DNA from: Paracoccaceae bacterium
GTDB taxonomy: Bacteria > Pseudomonadota > Alphaproteobacteria > Rhodobacterales > Rhodobacteraceae
Assembly (NCBI GenBank): GCA_002699695.2
Contig: PACC02000043.1
Coordinates: forward strand, 637-64,636
DNA: 64,000 nucleotides
Direction: 5' to 3'
Shown here one piece after another: positions 44,669-55,160 of this stretch (the stretch's first letter is position 1; the number at the start of each line of letters is the position of its first letter). The notes under the pieces are model-generated. The model was not told where the DNA came from and made no database searches. It was given only the letters and a program-made list of their open reading frames with translations. Position numbers and translations under genes: made by a program.

Positions 44669-44771
44669 TTTTTTTAATTTTTAGAATAAGAAATATGACC
44701 AGGGAGTAGTTAAGATATCAATCACACATAGTTCTGAAGATGATCTCAGAAATTCTGAAGTCAGGGTTAAT

Positions 44772-45617
44772 ATTAATGGAGAACTTTTCCATAGGGAAAA
44801 GGCAAGTATTTCTGTTTTTGACAGCGGGTTTCTTTTGGGAGATGGAATCTGGGAAGGGTTAAGACTTCATAAAGGAAAGTGGCTGTTTTTTGATGACCAT
44901 ATGGAGAGGTTATATGCTGCTCTTAAGGCAGTGGAAATAGAGATTTCTTTAACAAAGGAAGATGTTCATTGTCAGTTAGAGAAGACACGTTTAGCGAATA
45001 ACATGGAAACAGATGCTTATGCTAGATTGATGATAACTAGAGGCAAAAAATCAAAGGCTTTCCAGCATCCTGGCTTCTCTATATTTGGTTCGACATTTGT
45101 TATAATAATGGAACATTCAAGGCCAGTTTTGGATTCTTCAAAGAAGGGAATTAAGTTGGTGACAGTTCCACAGATGCGAGGTCAACCTATGACCCAGGAT
45201 CCAAAACTAAATAGTCATTCGAAATTAAATTGTGTTATAGCTTGCCTACAGTCTTCTAAGGCTGGTGGAGATGAAGCATTGATGTTGGATCCTCAGGGTT
45301 TTGTTAATACAACAAATTCATGCAATTTTTTTATAATCAGGAAAGGAGAAGTTTGGACCTCTACAGGAGATTATTGTATGAACGGCATCACCAGAGAAAA
45401 GGTGATACAGATATGCAGAAATTTGGGTGTTCCAATTTATCAGAGGAACTTTTCTCTGGTAGACACGTATTCTGCGGAAGGAGCTTTTCTCACGGGTACA
45501 TTTGGGGGTCTAATACAAGTTTTTAGTATAGACGGACATCAGATAGGTAATGGTTTAGAAGGAGCGATAGCTGTAAAGCTAAGAAAATTTTATGAGGCGA
45601 TGATTGAGCAAAATTAA
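44772..45617 (+). CDS. class IV (fold type IV) PLP aminotransferase (BCAT / D-amino-acid aminotransferase / ADC-lyase family); start unresolved
   Basis: The track ORF starts at the TTG at 44835, inside the conserved ...EKASISVFDSGFLLGDGIWEGLR motif. The frame is open back to 44685 with no ATG/GTG/TTG. The ATT at 44772 (AGGG 5 nt upstream) is a placeholder. Later motifs are KLNSHSKLNCV and GITREKV. Confidence 0.75.
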   Translation: MNGELFHREKASISVFDSGFLLGDGIWEGLRLHKGKWLFFDDHMERLYAALKAVEIEISLTKEDVHCQLEKTRLANNMETDAYARLMITRGKKSKAFQHPGFSIFGSTFVIIMEHSRPVLDSSKKGIKLVTVPQMRGQPMTQDPKLNSHSKLNCVIACLQSSKAGGDEALMLDPQGFVNTTNSCNFFIIRKGEVWTSTGDYCMNGITREKVIQICRNLGVPIYQRNFSLVDTYSAEGAFLTGTFGGLIQVFSIDGHQIGNGLEGAIAVKLRKFYEAMIEQN

Positions 45618-46356
45618 GAGGATTGCAATTTGGTCGGGACCTAGGAATTTATCGACTGCTTTAATGAGAAGTTTTGGAAATCGAGATGACTTCGAAGTTA
45701 TAGATGAGCCCTTTTATGCCGCGTATTTGAAGGAGACGGAGCTTAGACATCCTATGTACTTAGAAATTCTTCACAGTCAACCTTCTGATCCAGATGTGGT
45801 GTGTGAAAACTGTGAGAATAGTTTAGTAAGTAAGCCATATCAATATCAGAAACACATGACACACCATATGCTGAAGAATTTTAATAAGGATTTTATTTTC
45901 TCATTGACAAACGTCTTTTTGATAAGGAGACCAGATTTCGTTTTGAAGTCATTTAGGAAAAAACATAGTGATTATGGATTGGCTGATCTTGGTTTCAGAC
46001 AGCAGTTTGAATTATTTGAGCTGGTTAAAGATAAACTAGGCTTTGCCCCGCCAATTATAGATTCTGAAGACCTTATACAAAACCCAAGGAAAATCCTAAG
46101 AAAATTATGTAAAACCATAGGCATTAAATTCTCGGAATCAATGTTGAGCTGGAAGCCAGGCCCAAAACCTTATGATGGAGTTTGGGGAAGACATTGGTAT
46201 AAAGAAATAAATAAAAGTACTGGGTTTCTGGTAAAAAAAAGTCCAGATTATAAAGATCGAGAATTTTATTCAATGTCAGCTAAAGAAGTAGAAATCATTA
46301 ATTTAGCCAACATTTATTATGACGATCTTTCCAAGATTAAAATCACTGCAGAATAA
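45604..46356 (+). CDS. conserved hypothetical, sulfotransferase-fold-like protein
   Basis: 250 aa. The N-terminus IAIWSGPRNLSTALMRSF...VIDEPFYAAYL recalls a family annotated as sulfotransferase-like in marine bacteria (from memory only). The TTG start overlaps the upstream aminotransferase by 14 nt. Confidence 0.55.
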   Translation: MSKIKRIAIWSGPRNLSTALMRSFGNRDDFEVIDEPFYAAYLKETELRHPMYLEILHSQPSDPDVVCENCENSLVSKPYQYQKHMTHHMLKNFNKDFIFSLTNVFLIRRPDFVLKSFRKKHSDYGLADLGFRQQFELFELVKDKLGFAPPIIDSEDLIQNPRKILRKLCKTIGIKFSESMLSWKPGPKPYDGVWGRHWYKEINKSTGFLVKKSPDYKDREFYSMSAKEVEIINLANIYYDDLSKIKITAE

Positions 46357-46360
46357 TTTG

Positions 46361-48502
46361 TTAACTTTTCTTTTTTCCCTCAGACTTTGGTTCTTTAATT
46401 TCCATGCCTGTTTCTTGGTCTACTGTTTTCATTGATAACCTAACTTTACCACGGTCATCAAAGCCCATCAGCTTAACTTTAACTTCCTGCCCTTCCTTTA
46501 GTAGATCTTTTGGGTGTGCAACCCGTTCTGTAGAGATCTGACTGACATGAACGAGACCATCCTTCTTCCCAAAGAAATTAACAAAAGCCCCAAAGTCCAT
46601 TAACTTTACAATCTTACCAGAATAAATTTCACCTACCTCAGGTTCATCTACAATAGCTTTGATTAGTTCTAACGCCTTTGAAATTTTTTCAGAATCATTA
46701 GATGCGATCTTAATAATTCCTTCGTCATTAATATCAACTTTAGCTCCAGACACTTCGACAATTTCTCTAATAACTTTTCCTCCAGATCCTATTACTTCTC
46801 TTATCTTATCAGTAGCAATTTTTAAAGTTTCTATCTTCGGAGCATAAGTAGAAAATTCACCCGCTTCACTTATATCTTTGGACATTTCTTTAAGAATGTG
46901 GAGTCTTCCTTCTTTGGCTTGATCTAATGCTTTTTCCATAATGTCTGGAGTAATGCCAGCAACTTTTATGTCCATTTGTAGAGAAGTGATACCCTGAGAG
47001 GTACCCGCAACTTTGAAGTCCATATCACCTAAATGATCCTCATCTCCCAAAATGTCAGTTAGGACGGCATATTCTTTACCTTCTAAGATAAGTCCCATGG
47101 CAACACCTGCAACAGCAGATTTTAGAGGTACTCCAGCATCCATCATTGATAGTGAAGAACCACAAACTGTAGCCATAGATGATGATCCGTTTGATTCTGT
47201 TATTTCAGATACAATTCTAATGGTATATGGAAAGTCAATGGCATTAGGTAAAACAGCTTGAAGTGCACGCCAGGCTAATTTGCCATGACCTATTTCTCTT
47301 CTACCTGGCCCCATAGCTCTTCCTGTTTCTCCGACCGAGTAAGATGGAAAATTATAATGTAATAGAAATTTAGATCTACCTTCTCCGTGGAGGGCATCAA
47401 TTATTTGCTCATCTTCCCCTGTTCCAAGAGTAGTAACTACTAGCGCCTGTGTTTCTCCTCTAGTAAAAAGAGCAGAACCATGTGTTCGGGGTAGAAGACT
47501 TGTTTCGGAGTTGATTTGCCTTACTTTGTCCAATTTTCTACCATCTATTCTCTTTCCTTTTTTCAGTATATCAGCCCGGACTATTTCAGATTCTATTTTC
47601 TTAAAGCAATTGTCTAGCTGTTCATCCCCTAATTCGTCCTCCGTAAGATTATCCAACACTTTTTGTTTAGCTTCACCAATAGCAACTTGTCTTTCAAGTT
47701 TATCCGCAACTGAAAAAGCCTTTCGGATATCTTTTTCTCCTAAGGAAGTAAGTTTTTTTAACAAGTCTTTATTATCAGGTGGTGAGAAATTAAATGGAGC
47801 TTTTGCAGTCTGTTCAGCAAGGTCAATTATCAATTCAATAACTTTTTGCATTTGGTCGTGGCCGAACTTGACGGCACCAAGCATTTCTTCCTCACTGAGC
47901 TCATATGCTTCAGACTCCACCATCATTACGGCATCTTGGGTGCCTGCCACTACTAAATCTAATCGTTGGGGCAAATTCTCTCGAAGTCCATCCATATCTT
48001 CAATAGATGGGTTGAGTATGTAGGAATCATCAACAAATCCCACTCGAGCACACCCTATGGGTCCAAGGAAGGGAGCACCAGAACAAGTTAAAGCTGCCGA
48101 TGCAGCTATCATTGCTATTATATCAGGATCATTTTCTCCATCATGGCTTAATACGGTGCATGTAACCTGGACCTCATTCTTAAAACCATCTACAAATAAT
48201 GGCCTAATAGGACGATCAATGAGCCGGCTAGTCAAAGTTTCCTTTTCTGTCGGTCTAGCCTCTCTCTTAAAAAAGCCGCCGGGAATTTTGCCAGCAGCAT
48301 AATATTTCTCTTGATAATTGACAGTTAAAGGAAAGAAACCTTGACCTTCTTTTGCTTCTTTAGCAAATACAACATTTGCCATAACAGTAGTTTCACCATA
48401 AGTTGCAAGTACTGATGCATCTGCTTGTCTAGCTATCTTTCCTGTCTCTAGGGTTAGTTTATCATGGCCCCAGGTAATCGATTTTTTTATTGCCTTTAAC
48501 AT
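46361..48502 (-). CDS. pnp: polyribonucleotide nucleotidyltransferase (PNPase)
   Basis: 713 aa; two RNase PH domains, KH, and an S1 domain ([15 protein letters not shown]). Confidence 0.97.
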   Translation of the reverse strand: MLKAIKKSITWGHDKLTLETGKIARQADASVLATYGETTVMANVVFAKEAKEGQGFFPLTVNYQEKYYAAGKIPGGFFKREARPTEKETLTSRLIDRPIRPLFVDGFKNEVQVTCTVLSHDGENDPDIIAMIAASAALTCSGAPFLGPIGCARVGFVDDSYILNPSIEDMDGLRENLPQRLDLVVAGTQDAVMMVESEAYELSEEEMLGAVKFGHDQMQKVIELIIDLAEQTAKAPFNFSPPDNKDLLKKLTSLGEKDIRKAFSVADKLERQVAIGEAKQKVLDNLTEDELGDEQLDNCFKKIESEIVRADILKKGKRIDGRKLDKVRQINSETSLLPRTHGSALFTRGETQALVVTTLGTGEDEQIIDALHGEGRSKFLLHYNFPSYSVGETGRAMGPGRREIGHGKLAWRALQAVLPNAIDFPYTIRIVSEITESNGSSSMATVCGSSLSMMDAGVPLKSAVAGVAMGLILEGKEYAVLTDILGDEDHLGDMDFKVAGTSQGITSLQMDIKVAGITPDIMEKALDQAKEGRLHILKEMSKDISEAGEFSTYAPKIETLKIATDKIREVIGSGGKVIREIVEVSGAKVDINDEGIIKIASNDSEKISKALELIKAIVDEPEVGEIYSGKIVKLMDFGAFVNFFGKKDGLVHVSQISTERVAHPKDLLKEGQEVKVKLMGFDDRGKVRLSMKTVDQETGMEIKEPKSEGKKKS

Positions 48503-48640
48503 AGTATTCCTTCTGCACGTTAATGCTTAAAACATCTCTTGGACATTAAAGCGATTTATTCAATTCTTATTAATTAGGATAATTGCCGAATTTTCTAGAT
48601 TCACCACACTAAGGATACAGGCAACCAATAAAACCATAAT

Positions 48641-48910
48641 TTATCTTCTTATACCGAGCTGCTTGATCAAAGTCTTGTAGCGTTCCTCGTTCTTAGATTT
48701 TACGTAATCAAGTATTTTTCTTCTCTGTGATACAAGTTTCAAAAGACCTCGCCTAGAATGGTTGTCTTTCTTATGTGTTTTAAAGTGTTCCGATAAATTT
48801 GTAATTCTAGTGGTTAAAATAGCTACCTGAACTTCTGGTGAACCAGTATCATTTTCAGTTTGTGCAAATTTTTTTATTAAGTCTTGCTTAACTTCAGCAT
48901 TAATCGACAT
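48641..48910 (-). CDS. rpsO: 30S ribosomal protein S15
   Basis: 89 aa from the second ATG; [35 protein letters not shown]. Confidence 0.95.
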   Translation of the reverse strand: MSINAEVKQDLIKKFAQTENDTGSPEVQVAILTTRITNLSEHFKTHKKDNHSRRGLLKLVSQRRKILDYVKSKNEERYKTLIKQLGIRR

Positions 48911-49014
48911 CATATTCTCCCGTATCTATTTGTATTGATCTTGCCAGGATGTCGTCCAGTCAAGAGGTCCCTTAGGGAGGATATATCTTCTTTTTTGTGT
49001 TTTGCAAAGGACTT

Positions 49015-49530
49015 TTAGAACCATATGCATGGATGCACATCAAAGCTAATGTAAAGCAAGTGCTTTGGCTGGTTTTTTTTTGTTAAACCTAAGTGATAAA
49101 TAGGTTTCCCTGATTTTTGCAAAAAGTTTTTCACTTTCAAATTTCTACTTTGTATTATGCCTAAATTACCCCAGGAGCAAATAATGTTATCAGCCCAGGC
49201 TATGCTTTCTAGCAAGATTTTATCATTGTGGAGTCCTATGATATCAGGAGTAATCTTTAAAAGATCAGGGTTTGTCGAGCGAAATGCGAAAAGATTACAT
49301 ACTCTAAACTGTTTGTATCCTAAAAGCATTGCTCGATTTTGACATCTAATTAAGGTGGGGTCAGTTATTTCTTCTGTAGCTTTGGATGGGTTTAGCAATA
49401 TATAAAGTAACTTACTTCCTTGGTAACTCCATGTTCGGGTAATTGAATATCTAAAATTGAAACAATCTGAAAAAATAGCTCTAGATACAAAATCATTGCA
49501 ACTTATTTGTCTTCTTACTAATTTTTCCAC
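49015..49530 (-). CDS. DUF1643 domain-containing protein
   Basis: GTG start; RYSITRTW...LLYILLNPSKATEEITDPTLIRC...VCNLFAFRSTNP...SWGN...KPKHLLY follows the DUF1643 pattern. Confidence 0.75.
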   Translation of the reverse strand: MEKLVRRQISCNDFVSRAIFSDCFNFRYSITRTWSYQGSKLLYILLNPSKATEEITDPTLIRCQNRAMLLGYKQFRVCNLFAFRSTNPDLLKITPDIIGLHNDKILLESIAWADNIICSWGNLGIIQSRNLKVKNFLQKSGKPIYHLGLTKKNQPKHLLYISFDVHPCIWF

Positions 49531-49551
49531 TTAAAGGTTTCTTTTTGATTT

Positions 49552-50463
49552 CTAGCGTTTCAGGATATTAAACACCCTCGCAGGAAAAAATATTTCATTC
49601 TTGACCTTGCCGAAGGCTAAAGGGATATTTTGGAATCTAATCCATACCAAACCATAGTCTGGTTTTGGGATTTTGTTGATTTCATATGAGCTCCCATTAA
49701 GGATTTTATTTATGTCTTTAGCTTTACAACTAAAATTGGGAAATTCTTTTAGTACGGTCTCCGTTGGTAAGACATTTTGAAGTAATTTAGGATTTTTCAT
49801 TCTTTCAAATTCATCTAACCCAATACTATTTTCTACACTAAAAGGTCCACAAGCTATTCTTCTAATATCATGAGCATGGCCATAACATCCCAATAAATTC
49901 CCAACATCTCTCGCTAAAGATCTGACATATCCACCTTTTCCACAAGTAAACTTCAGGCTCACTTCATCTTTATTTTTCCTTTTCAAGACTAGTATTTTTT
50001 TTATAAAAACTTGCCTTGCCGATAATTCGTATTGCGATCCTTGATGAAAGAGCTTGTAAGCTCTCTCACCATTTATTTTTATTGCTGATAACTTAGGTGG
50101 TACTTGCGATATATGGCCTTCAAAATTCTTTAAGGCTTCCTTGATAACCTGAGTTTCTGGTCTGTCTGAAGATTGATTTATTATTTTTCCAGAAGAGTCG
50201 TCGGTGTCAGTAGCTATACCTAGCCTCATTGTAAATGTATAGGTTTTGAGGAAATCCCCAATGAACCTAACAGTTTTTGTGGCCTCCCCCAGTGCTAATG
50301 CTAAAATACCTGTCGCATCTGGATCCAATGTGCCTCCATGGCCTATTTTTTTTATTCCAGTCTTTTTCTTGATCGAGCTCACAACTTTTGTTGAACCAAT
50401 ACCCTTAGGCTTATCTATTAATAACCAACCATGTAAATCATTTAAAAGATGAATTTTTGTCAT
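49552..50463 (-). CDS. truB: tRNA pseudouridine(55) synthase
   Basis: GWLLIDKPKGIGS, GHGGTLDPDATGIL, GGYVRSLARD. Confidence 0.92.
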   Translation of the reverse strand: MTKIHLLNDLHGWLLIDKPKGIGSTKVVSSIKKKTGIKKIGHGGTLDPDATGILALALGEATKTVRFIGDFLKTYTFTMRLGIATDTDDSSGKIINQSSDRPETQVIKEALKNFEGHISQVPPKLSAIKINGERAYKLFHQGSQYELSARQVFIKKILVLKRKNKDEVSLKFTCGKGGYVRSLARDVGNLLGCYGHAHDIRRIACGPFSVENSIGLDEFERMKNPKLLQNVLPTETVLKEFPNFSCKAKDINKILNGSSYEINKIPKPDYGLVWIRFQNIPLAFGKVKNEIFFPARVFNILKR

Positions 50464-50479
50464 GACAAGATTATCTGTT

Positions 50480-50854
50480 TTAACGAGAGTCCATATCTAG
50501 GTTTTTTAGAAGCTCGGAAGTTTTTCGAAATTCCTCAAAACTTTTGTCCTCTATAAATCTTAATTCGGGTACATACTTTAGGTGAACCTTATTACCTAGA
50601 TATTTTCTTATAATGCTTTTCTTTTTATTAAGGGCTTCTTCTATTATTTTTGAGTTTTCCCTTCCGACGGGTATGAAGTAGACCCTAGCAACGCGAATGT
50701 CCTTTGAACAAGCTACTTCTGTCAATGTAAGAGTCAGGCCCTCCAACCCCCACTCTGACCAGTCTAGATGGTACATTATTTCTGAAAGCTCTCTTTTAAT
50801 TAACTCATTGACTCTTAAGAGCCTATGAGATTTATTTCCAAAGCTATTACTCAT
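50480..50854 (-). CDS. rbfA: ribosome-binding factor A
   Basis: 124 aa; RVNELIKRELSEI...YVPELRF pattern; lies upstream of truB. Confidence 0.9.
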   Translation of the reverse strand: MSNSFGNKSHRLLRVNELIKRELSEIMYHLDWSEWGLEGLTLTLTEVACSKDIRVARVYFIPVGRENSKIIEEALNKKKSIIRKYLGNKVHLKYVPELRFIEDKSFEEFRKTSELLKNLDMDSR

Positions 50855-50972
50855 GGTAGCTAGTTCAATTATAATTCATGCTTATTGACTTATGTGATTG
50901 GTGAATACATAACGAAGTCTTGGATGTTTGTCGATAACAACTAATCATGTTCAATTATGGGAAATTCAGCAA

Positions 50973-51785
50973 ATGGCTAAAAAAATAAGAATAACCATAG
51001 TAGGGGCTTCTGGTAGAATGGGGCGAATGTTAGCTAGTGTCGTCGAGGAAGATCAAGACTTAGAAATTTCTGGCTTAATAGAAGTACAAGGACATTTCTT
51101 AATAGGAAAATTAGCAAACAAAGAAATCTCTGGTCTTAAAAGTAATTTAGAGTTTTCTGATGATATTGAAGTTGCTTTGTCGGTATCAGATGCGGTTATA
51201 GATTTTACAAATCCTGAAACATCAGTGAGCATCGCAAAACTCGCCGCCAGGTACCATGTAGTAGACGTAATTGGTACTACTGGTTTTTCTCAACAACAAT
51301 TAAAGCAAATAGAAAAATCTGCCCGTGAAACAACCATAATCAGAGCAGGAAACATGAGCTTAGGTCTAAATATTCTGACGGGTTTAGCTAGGAAGGTTTC
51401 AGAAGCATTAGATTTAGATTTTGACGCAGAAATAATTGAAATGCACCATGGAAAAAAAGTAGATGCTCCTTCAGGAACAGCTTTAATGCTCGGTGAAGCG
51501 GTGGCAGATGGTAGGGGAAAGTGCCTTGATGATCTGAAAGAAAAACCTAGAGATGGAATTGTAGGCCCAAGAAAGAAAGAGAAAATTGGTTTTTCGGTGA
51601 TTAGGGGCGGTGATATAATCGGTAATCATTCAGTAATGTTTGCTGGAATGGGAGAACAGATAATCCTCCAGCATAATGCCACTGATCGACGGATTTTTGC
51701 TCGAGGTGCTGTAAAAGCTGTAAAGTGGGGAATAACGGCAAGCGAGGGCGAATATTCTATGTTAGATGTTCTCAACCTGCATTAA
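50973..51785 (+). CDS. dapB: 4-hydroxy-tetrahydrodipicolinate reductase
   Basis: MAKKIRITIVGASGRMGR, EMHHGKKVDAPSGTAL. The track start is the TTG at 50928. Confidence 0.9.
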   Translation: MAKKIRITIVGASGRMGRMLASVVEEDQDLEISGLIEVQGHFLIGKLANKEISGLKSNLEFSDDIEVALSVSDAVIDFTNPETSVSIAKLAARYHVVDVIGTTGFSQQQLKQIEKSARETTIIRAGNMSLGLNILTGLARKVSEALDLDFDAEIIEMHHGKKVDAPSGTALMLGEAVADGRGKCLDDLKEKPRDGIVGPRKKEKIGFSVIRGGDIIGNHSVMFAGMGEQIILQHNATDRRIFARGAVKAVKWGITASEGEYSMLDVLNLH

Positions 51786-53023
51786 TGAATTATCTTAATC
51801 GAGTAATGATAGTGCTTAAGAATTTTATTGTTAAAAGATTTTTCATCTGCGTTTTGGGAAGTGTCATTTCATTACAAGGCTTTAATGCGATGGGAGCTCC
51901 ACTTGTAGCCTGTGGCGGCAATTTTAACCAGTTTTTGCAAAGGATAGGTGTTAAAGCAGTAGAACGAGGAGTAGACAAGAATTCCGTTTTATTGGCACTC
52001 AAATACAGTAAACATTCACAAAAAGTTTTAGAAATGGATCGAAAACAGAGAACTTTCAGGTTAAGTTTTTTGGATTTTTCAGAAAGAGCAATTAATACCT
52101 ACCGATTAAAGAATGGTATAAAAAATATTGAGAGATATAAAAAAACTTTCCAGTTAGCTAAATCTAAGTATGGGGTGCCGGCAGAAGTCATCTCAGCATT
52201 TTGGGCCATGGAAACAGATTTTGGGGCAGTTCAGGGAAAATTCAACACTTTAAGTTCTTTAGCCACTTTGGCTCATGATTGTAGGCGACCAGAAATGTTT
52301 CAGGAAGAGTATGTTTCAGCAATAGCATTATTTGCAGATGGTGTTATCGAGAAAGAAATTACGGGAGCTTGGGCCGGTGAAATTGGACAAGTACAAATGT
52401 TACCTTCTGACATCAAGATCTTTGGTCAGGACGGCGATGGTGATGGAATTGTAGACCTTAAAAAGAGTGCTCCAGATGCCATATTAACTGCTGCTGCTCT
52501 TATATCAGATATGGGATGGATTCCGAATCAACCTTGGATAGAAGAAGTCAAAATGGATTCTGGATTTCCCTGGGAGGAAGCAGGATTTGGTCGAGAGCGA
52601 GCTTTGGAAGCATGGAAAAGGTTGGGAATTAAATCAAGGACTGAGTCATTTGAGGCAAATGATCAGGCCATTGCTACTTTACTGATTCCTCAAGGCCGCA
52701 AAGGGCCAAAATTTTTGGCCTACTCCAATTTTAAGGTTTATCTTAGTTGGAATGATAGTTTCATATACACAGTTACGGCGGCTCATTTGGCTACTAGATT
52801 GGGTGGAGCAAAGAAACTTATAAGTAGTGATCCAGAAGATATTTTAACAGTAGGAGAAATGATTGAACTACAAAAGATTCTGAAATCAAAAGGATTTAAT
52901 GTTGGAGAAATTGATGGTATTTTGGGCCGTAATACCAGGCAAAGCGTTCGAAAAATGCAACTGGAATTGGGGTTCCCAGGAGATAGTTGGCCTACTAGAA
53001 ATTTATTGAAAAAATTAAGATGA
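51785..53023 (+). CDS. lytic murein transglycosylase (MltB family) with a C-terminal peptidoglycan-binding domain
   Basis: Signal-like N-terminus from the ATG at 51785 (TAATG overlap with dapB); FWAMETDFG catalytic region; C-terminal LQKILKSKGFNVGEIDGILGRNTRQSVRKMQ PG_binding_1 pattern. Confidence 0.85.
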   Translation: MNYLNRVMIVLKNFIVKRFFICVLGSVISLQGFNAMGAPLVACGGNFNQFLQRIGVKAVERGVDKNSVLLALKYSKHSQKVLEMDRKQRTFRLSFLDFSERAINTYRLKNGIKNIERYKKTFQLAKSKYGVPAEVISAFWAMETDFGAVQGKFNTLSSLATLAHDCRRPEMFQEEYVSAIALFADGVIEKEITGAWAGEIGQVQMLPSDIKIFGQDGDGDGIVDLKKSAPDAILTAAALISDMGWIPNQPWIEEVKMDSGFPWEEAGFGRERALEAWKRLGIKSRTESFEANDQAIATLLIPQGRKGPKFLAYSNFKVYLSWNDSFIYTVTAAHLATRLGGAKKLISSDPEDILTVGEMIELQKILKSKGFNVGEIDGILGRNTRQSVRKMQLELGFPGDSWPTRNLLKKLR

Positions 53024-53458
53024 AGACGTCAACCCGAAGAAGCGGTTAATAAAAAAGCTATCACCAGGACTTTCTACTAATCTGGCGGCTATTTCAGGTT
53101 TTTCTAACTTGGCTATATGCTCTTTCTCAGTCGGTAATGAGACTTGATATATTCCTCTACACAAGTGAATGTGAGATACTTTATGTGCCCACTTATTATA
53201 TTCAGGCATGTATACATAACGTTGAAAAAAGCCTAACCGTCTTTCTGGTTTTATTTTCCAGCCTGTTTCTTCATATACTTCTCTTATTAGAGCATGTAAG
53301 TAGTGTTCACCTTTGTCTATTCCTCCACCTGGAAGTTGTATTTCATTCCCATGTTGTTGTGTAAGTAACATGCTTTTACCCACTATTATTAATCCATAGA
53401 TACTGGGTCTATAATGATACTTTATATTTCTCCGTATAGGTTCTCCTACCCTCAACAT
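53015..53458 (-). CDS. NUDIX hydrolase
   Basis: Nudix box GGGIDKGEHYLHALIREVYEETG. The ATG at 53458 avoids overlap with divergent hslO. The track start is at 53566. Confidence 0.75.
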   Translation of the reverse strand: MLRVGEPIRRNIKYHYRPSIYGLIIVGKSMLLTQQHGNEIQLPGGGIDKGEHYLHALIREVYEETGWKIKPERRLGFFQRYVYMPEYNKWAHKVSHIHLCRGIYQVSLPTEKEHIAKLEKPEIAARLVESPGDSFFINRFFGLTSSS

Positions 53459-53547
53459 GAAGTATCTTTCAGCGAATCTATTAAGATTGTCATTTGATGT
53501 ATAAACTAAATAATGTAAAAGACCTTTAAAAGCAGATTGATAGTTAC

Positions 53548-54486
53548 ATGTCAAAAAAGAATTCATATTTATCTAATTTGGTTATGCCTTTTCAGTTTGA
53601 AGGTCTGCCTATAAGGGGTAGAATTTGTAGAGCTAGCCAATCTATAAGGGATATTGTCCAGCAACATGATTATCCTGAAAACATCTCTAAATTTCTCTCA
53701 GAAGCTGTAATACTTACTGTATTAATGGCTGATTCAATCAAACTAAAACATAGGTTGTCCCTTCAAATTCAAGGTAAAGGGGATCTAAAATTAATTGCAA
53801 CTGATTATTATGTTTCACCAAAACTATCAGGGAATTCAAAAATTAGAGGTTATGCAAAGTTCAATTCAACCAAGAGTGATTATACTGGGGAAATAAAACA
53901 TTTGATGGGAGAAGGTTATTTTGCCACGATATTAGATCAAGGAGATGGAAGTCTGCCTTATAAGGGTCTTGCTGAATTGAATGGAGTAAATTTGGTTCAT
54001 TCTGCTGAAGAATTTTTTATAAAATCTGAGCAGTTAAAGACCCGCTTTTGGACATACATTAATCGTGAACTGGATCAGGATGGTAAAATTTGCTTCAATG
54101 GGATTGGTTTAATGCTGCAATACCTACCTGATGAAAAAAAAATGTCTAAAAATGTTCTCAGTGATAATATCTTAGATAAAGAGAACTGGAAGAAGATTGT
54201 ATTGTCATTAGACCAAAATGGTTCTGAATTTATTCATGATCGTAAAAGTGATTTTTCTGAATTGTTACTTAAAACTTTCTTAAATCAAGAGATAAGAGTT
54301 TTTAAAGAAAAGATTTTTGAGTTTGGATGCGGGTGTAGTCCTGATAAGGTCGTACAGACCATGTCAATTTATTCAAGAAAAGACCTTGATGCTATGACGA
54401 ATCCACTAGGCAAGGTGACAGCGGATTGTCAATTTTGTGGAGCACATTATGAATTTAACCCATCTGAGTTGGGTCAAGATAATTAA
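53548..54486 (+). CDS. hslO: Hsp33-family redox-regulated chaperone
   Basis: 312 aa; C-terminal zinc centre CGCS...CQFCG. Confidence 0.9.
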   Translation: MSKKNSYLSNLVMPFQFEGLPIRGRICRASQSIRDIVQQHDYPENISKFLSEAVILTVLMADSIKLKHRLSLQIQGKGDLKLIATDYYVSPKLSGNSKIRGYAKFNSTKSDYTGEIKHLMGEGYFATILDQGDGSLPYKGLAELNGVNLVHSAEEFFIKSEQLKTRFWTYINRELDQDGKICFNGIGLMLQYLPDEKKMSKNVLSDNILDKENWKKIVLSLDQNGSEFIHDRKSDFSELLLKTFLNQEIRVFKEKIFEFGCGCSPDKVVQTMSIYSRKDLDAMTNPLGKVTADCQFCGAHYEFNPSELGQDN

Positions 54487-54524
54487 CTCGATTTTGTAGA
54501 AAAGCGATCAAGGTAGGATAAATT

Positions 54525-55160
54525 TTGAACACTTCAAGTTTACTAGAGGTCATAAAATTAAAATTTAGCTCTCCAGACTCAAATAACTCGCAACTTGTCA
54601 CAAACTTGGATTACAGTTCAGATTTTGATCTTTCACCGAAAAATCAACACAAACTCAAAGGTCAATTCGGAAAAATAGCTGCGGTCTTTCTTTTACTGAG
54701 AGAAAACCAAGGAGAGGTACAAGTGATCTTCACGAGAAGGTCCAGAAACCTATCATCCCATCCAGGGCAAATTTCTTTTCCGGGAGGGATTGTTGAACCA
54801 GAAGATTCTTCTATCCTGAATGCGGGTCTTAGAGAAGTAAAAGAAGAGATAGGTTTGGATAAAAAAAAGATACAAACGCTGGGAATCTTACGCCCTCATG
54901 AAACATTAAGCAAGTTTTTGATATACCCCTTTGTTGGGATCATAGATAGTGCTTCAGAATTTAAAATGAATATTAGTGAGGTGACTGAAATTTTTGAAGT
55001 TCCCCTAGGCTTTCTATTGAATAGAAAAAATATGAGCGAACACAGGATTCAAAAGAACAAAAAGTACGCTGGATATTATGCTGTACCTTATGGGCCTTAT
55101 TATATTTGGGGTGCAACGGCTAGAATTATTAAGAGTTTTGTAGAGAGGTTTCACGGTTGA
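54525..55160 (+). CDS. CoA pyrophosphatase-type NUDIX hydrolase
   Basis: TTG start; ILLRENQGE... HPGQISFPGGIVEPEDSSILNAGLREVKEEIGL. Confidence 0.8.
   Translation: MNTSSLLEVIKLKFSSPDSNNSQLVTNLDYSSDFDLSPKNQHKLKGQFGKIAAVFLLLRENQGEVQVIFTRRSRNLSSHPGQISFPGGIVEPEDSSILNAGLREVKEEIGLDKKKIQTLGILRPHETLSKFLIYPFVGIIDSASEFKMNISEVTEIFEVPLGFLLNRKNMSEHRIQKNKKYAGYYAVPYGPYYIWGATARIIKSFVERFHG

Noticed and set aside
48914-49014. Possible S15 autoregulatory structure in the rpsO leader (small TCCC-TAA-GGGA hairpin)
   Set aside because: Only 4-bp stems are visible by eye. I cannot support a pseudoknot or three-way junction without folding or covariation analysis.
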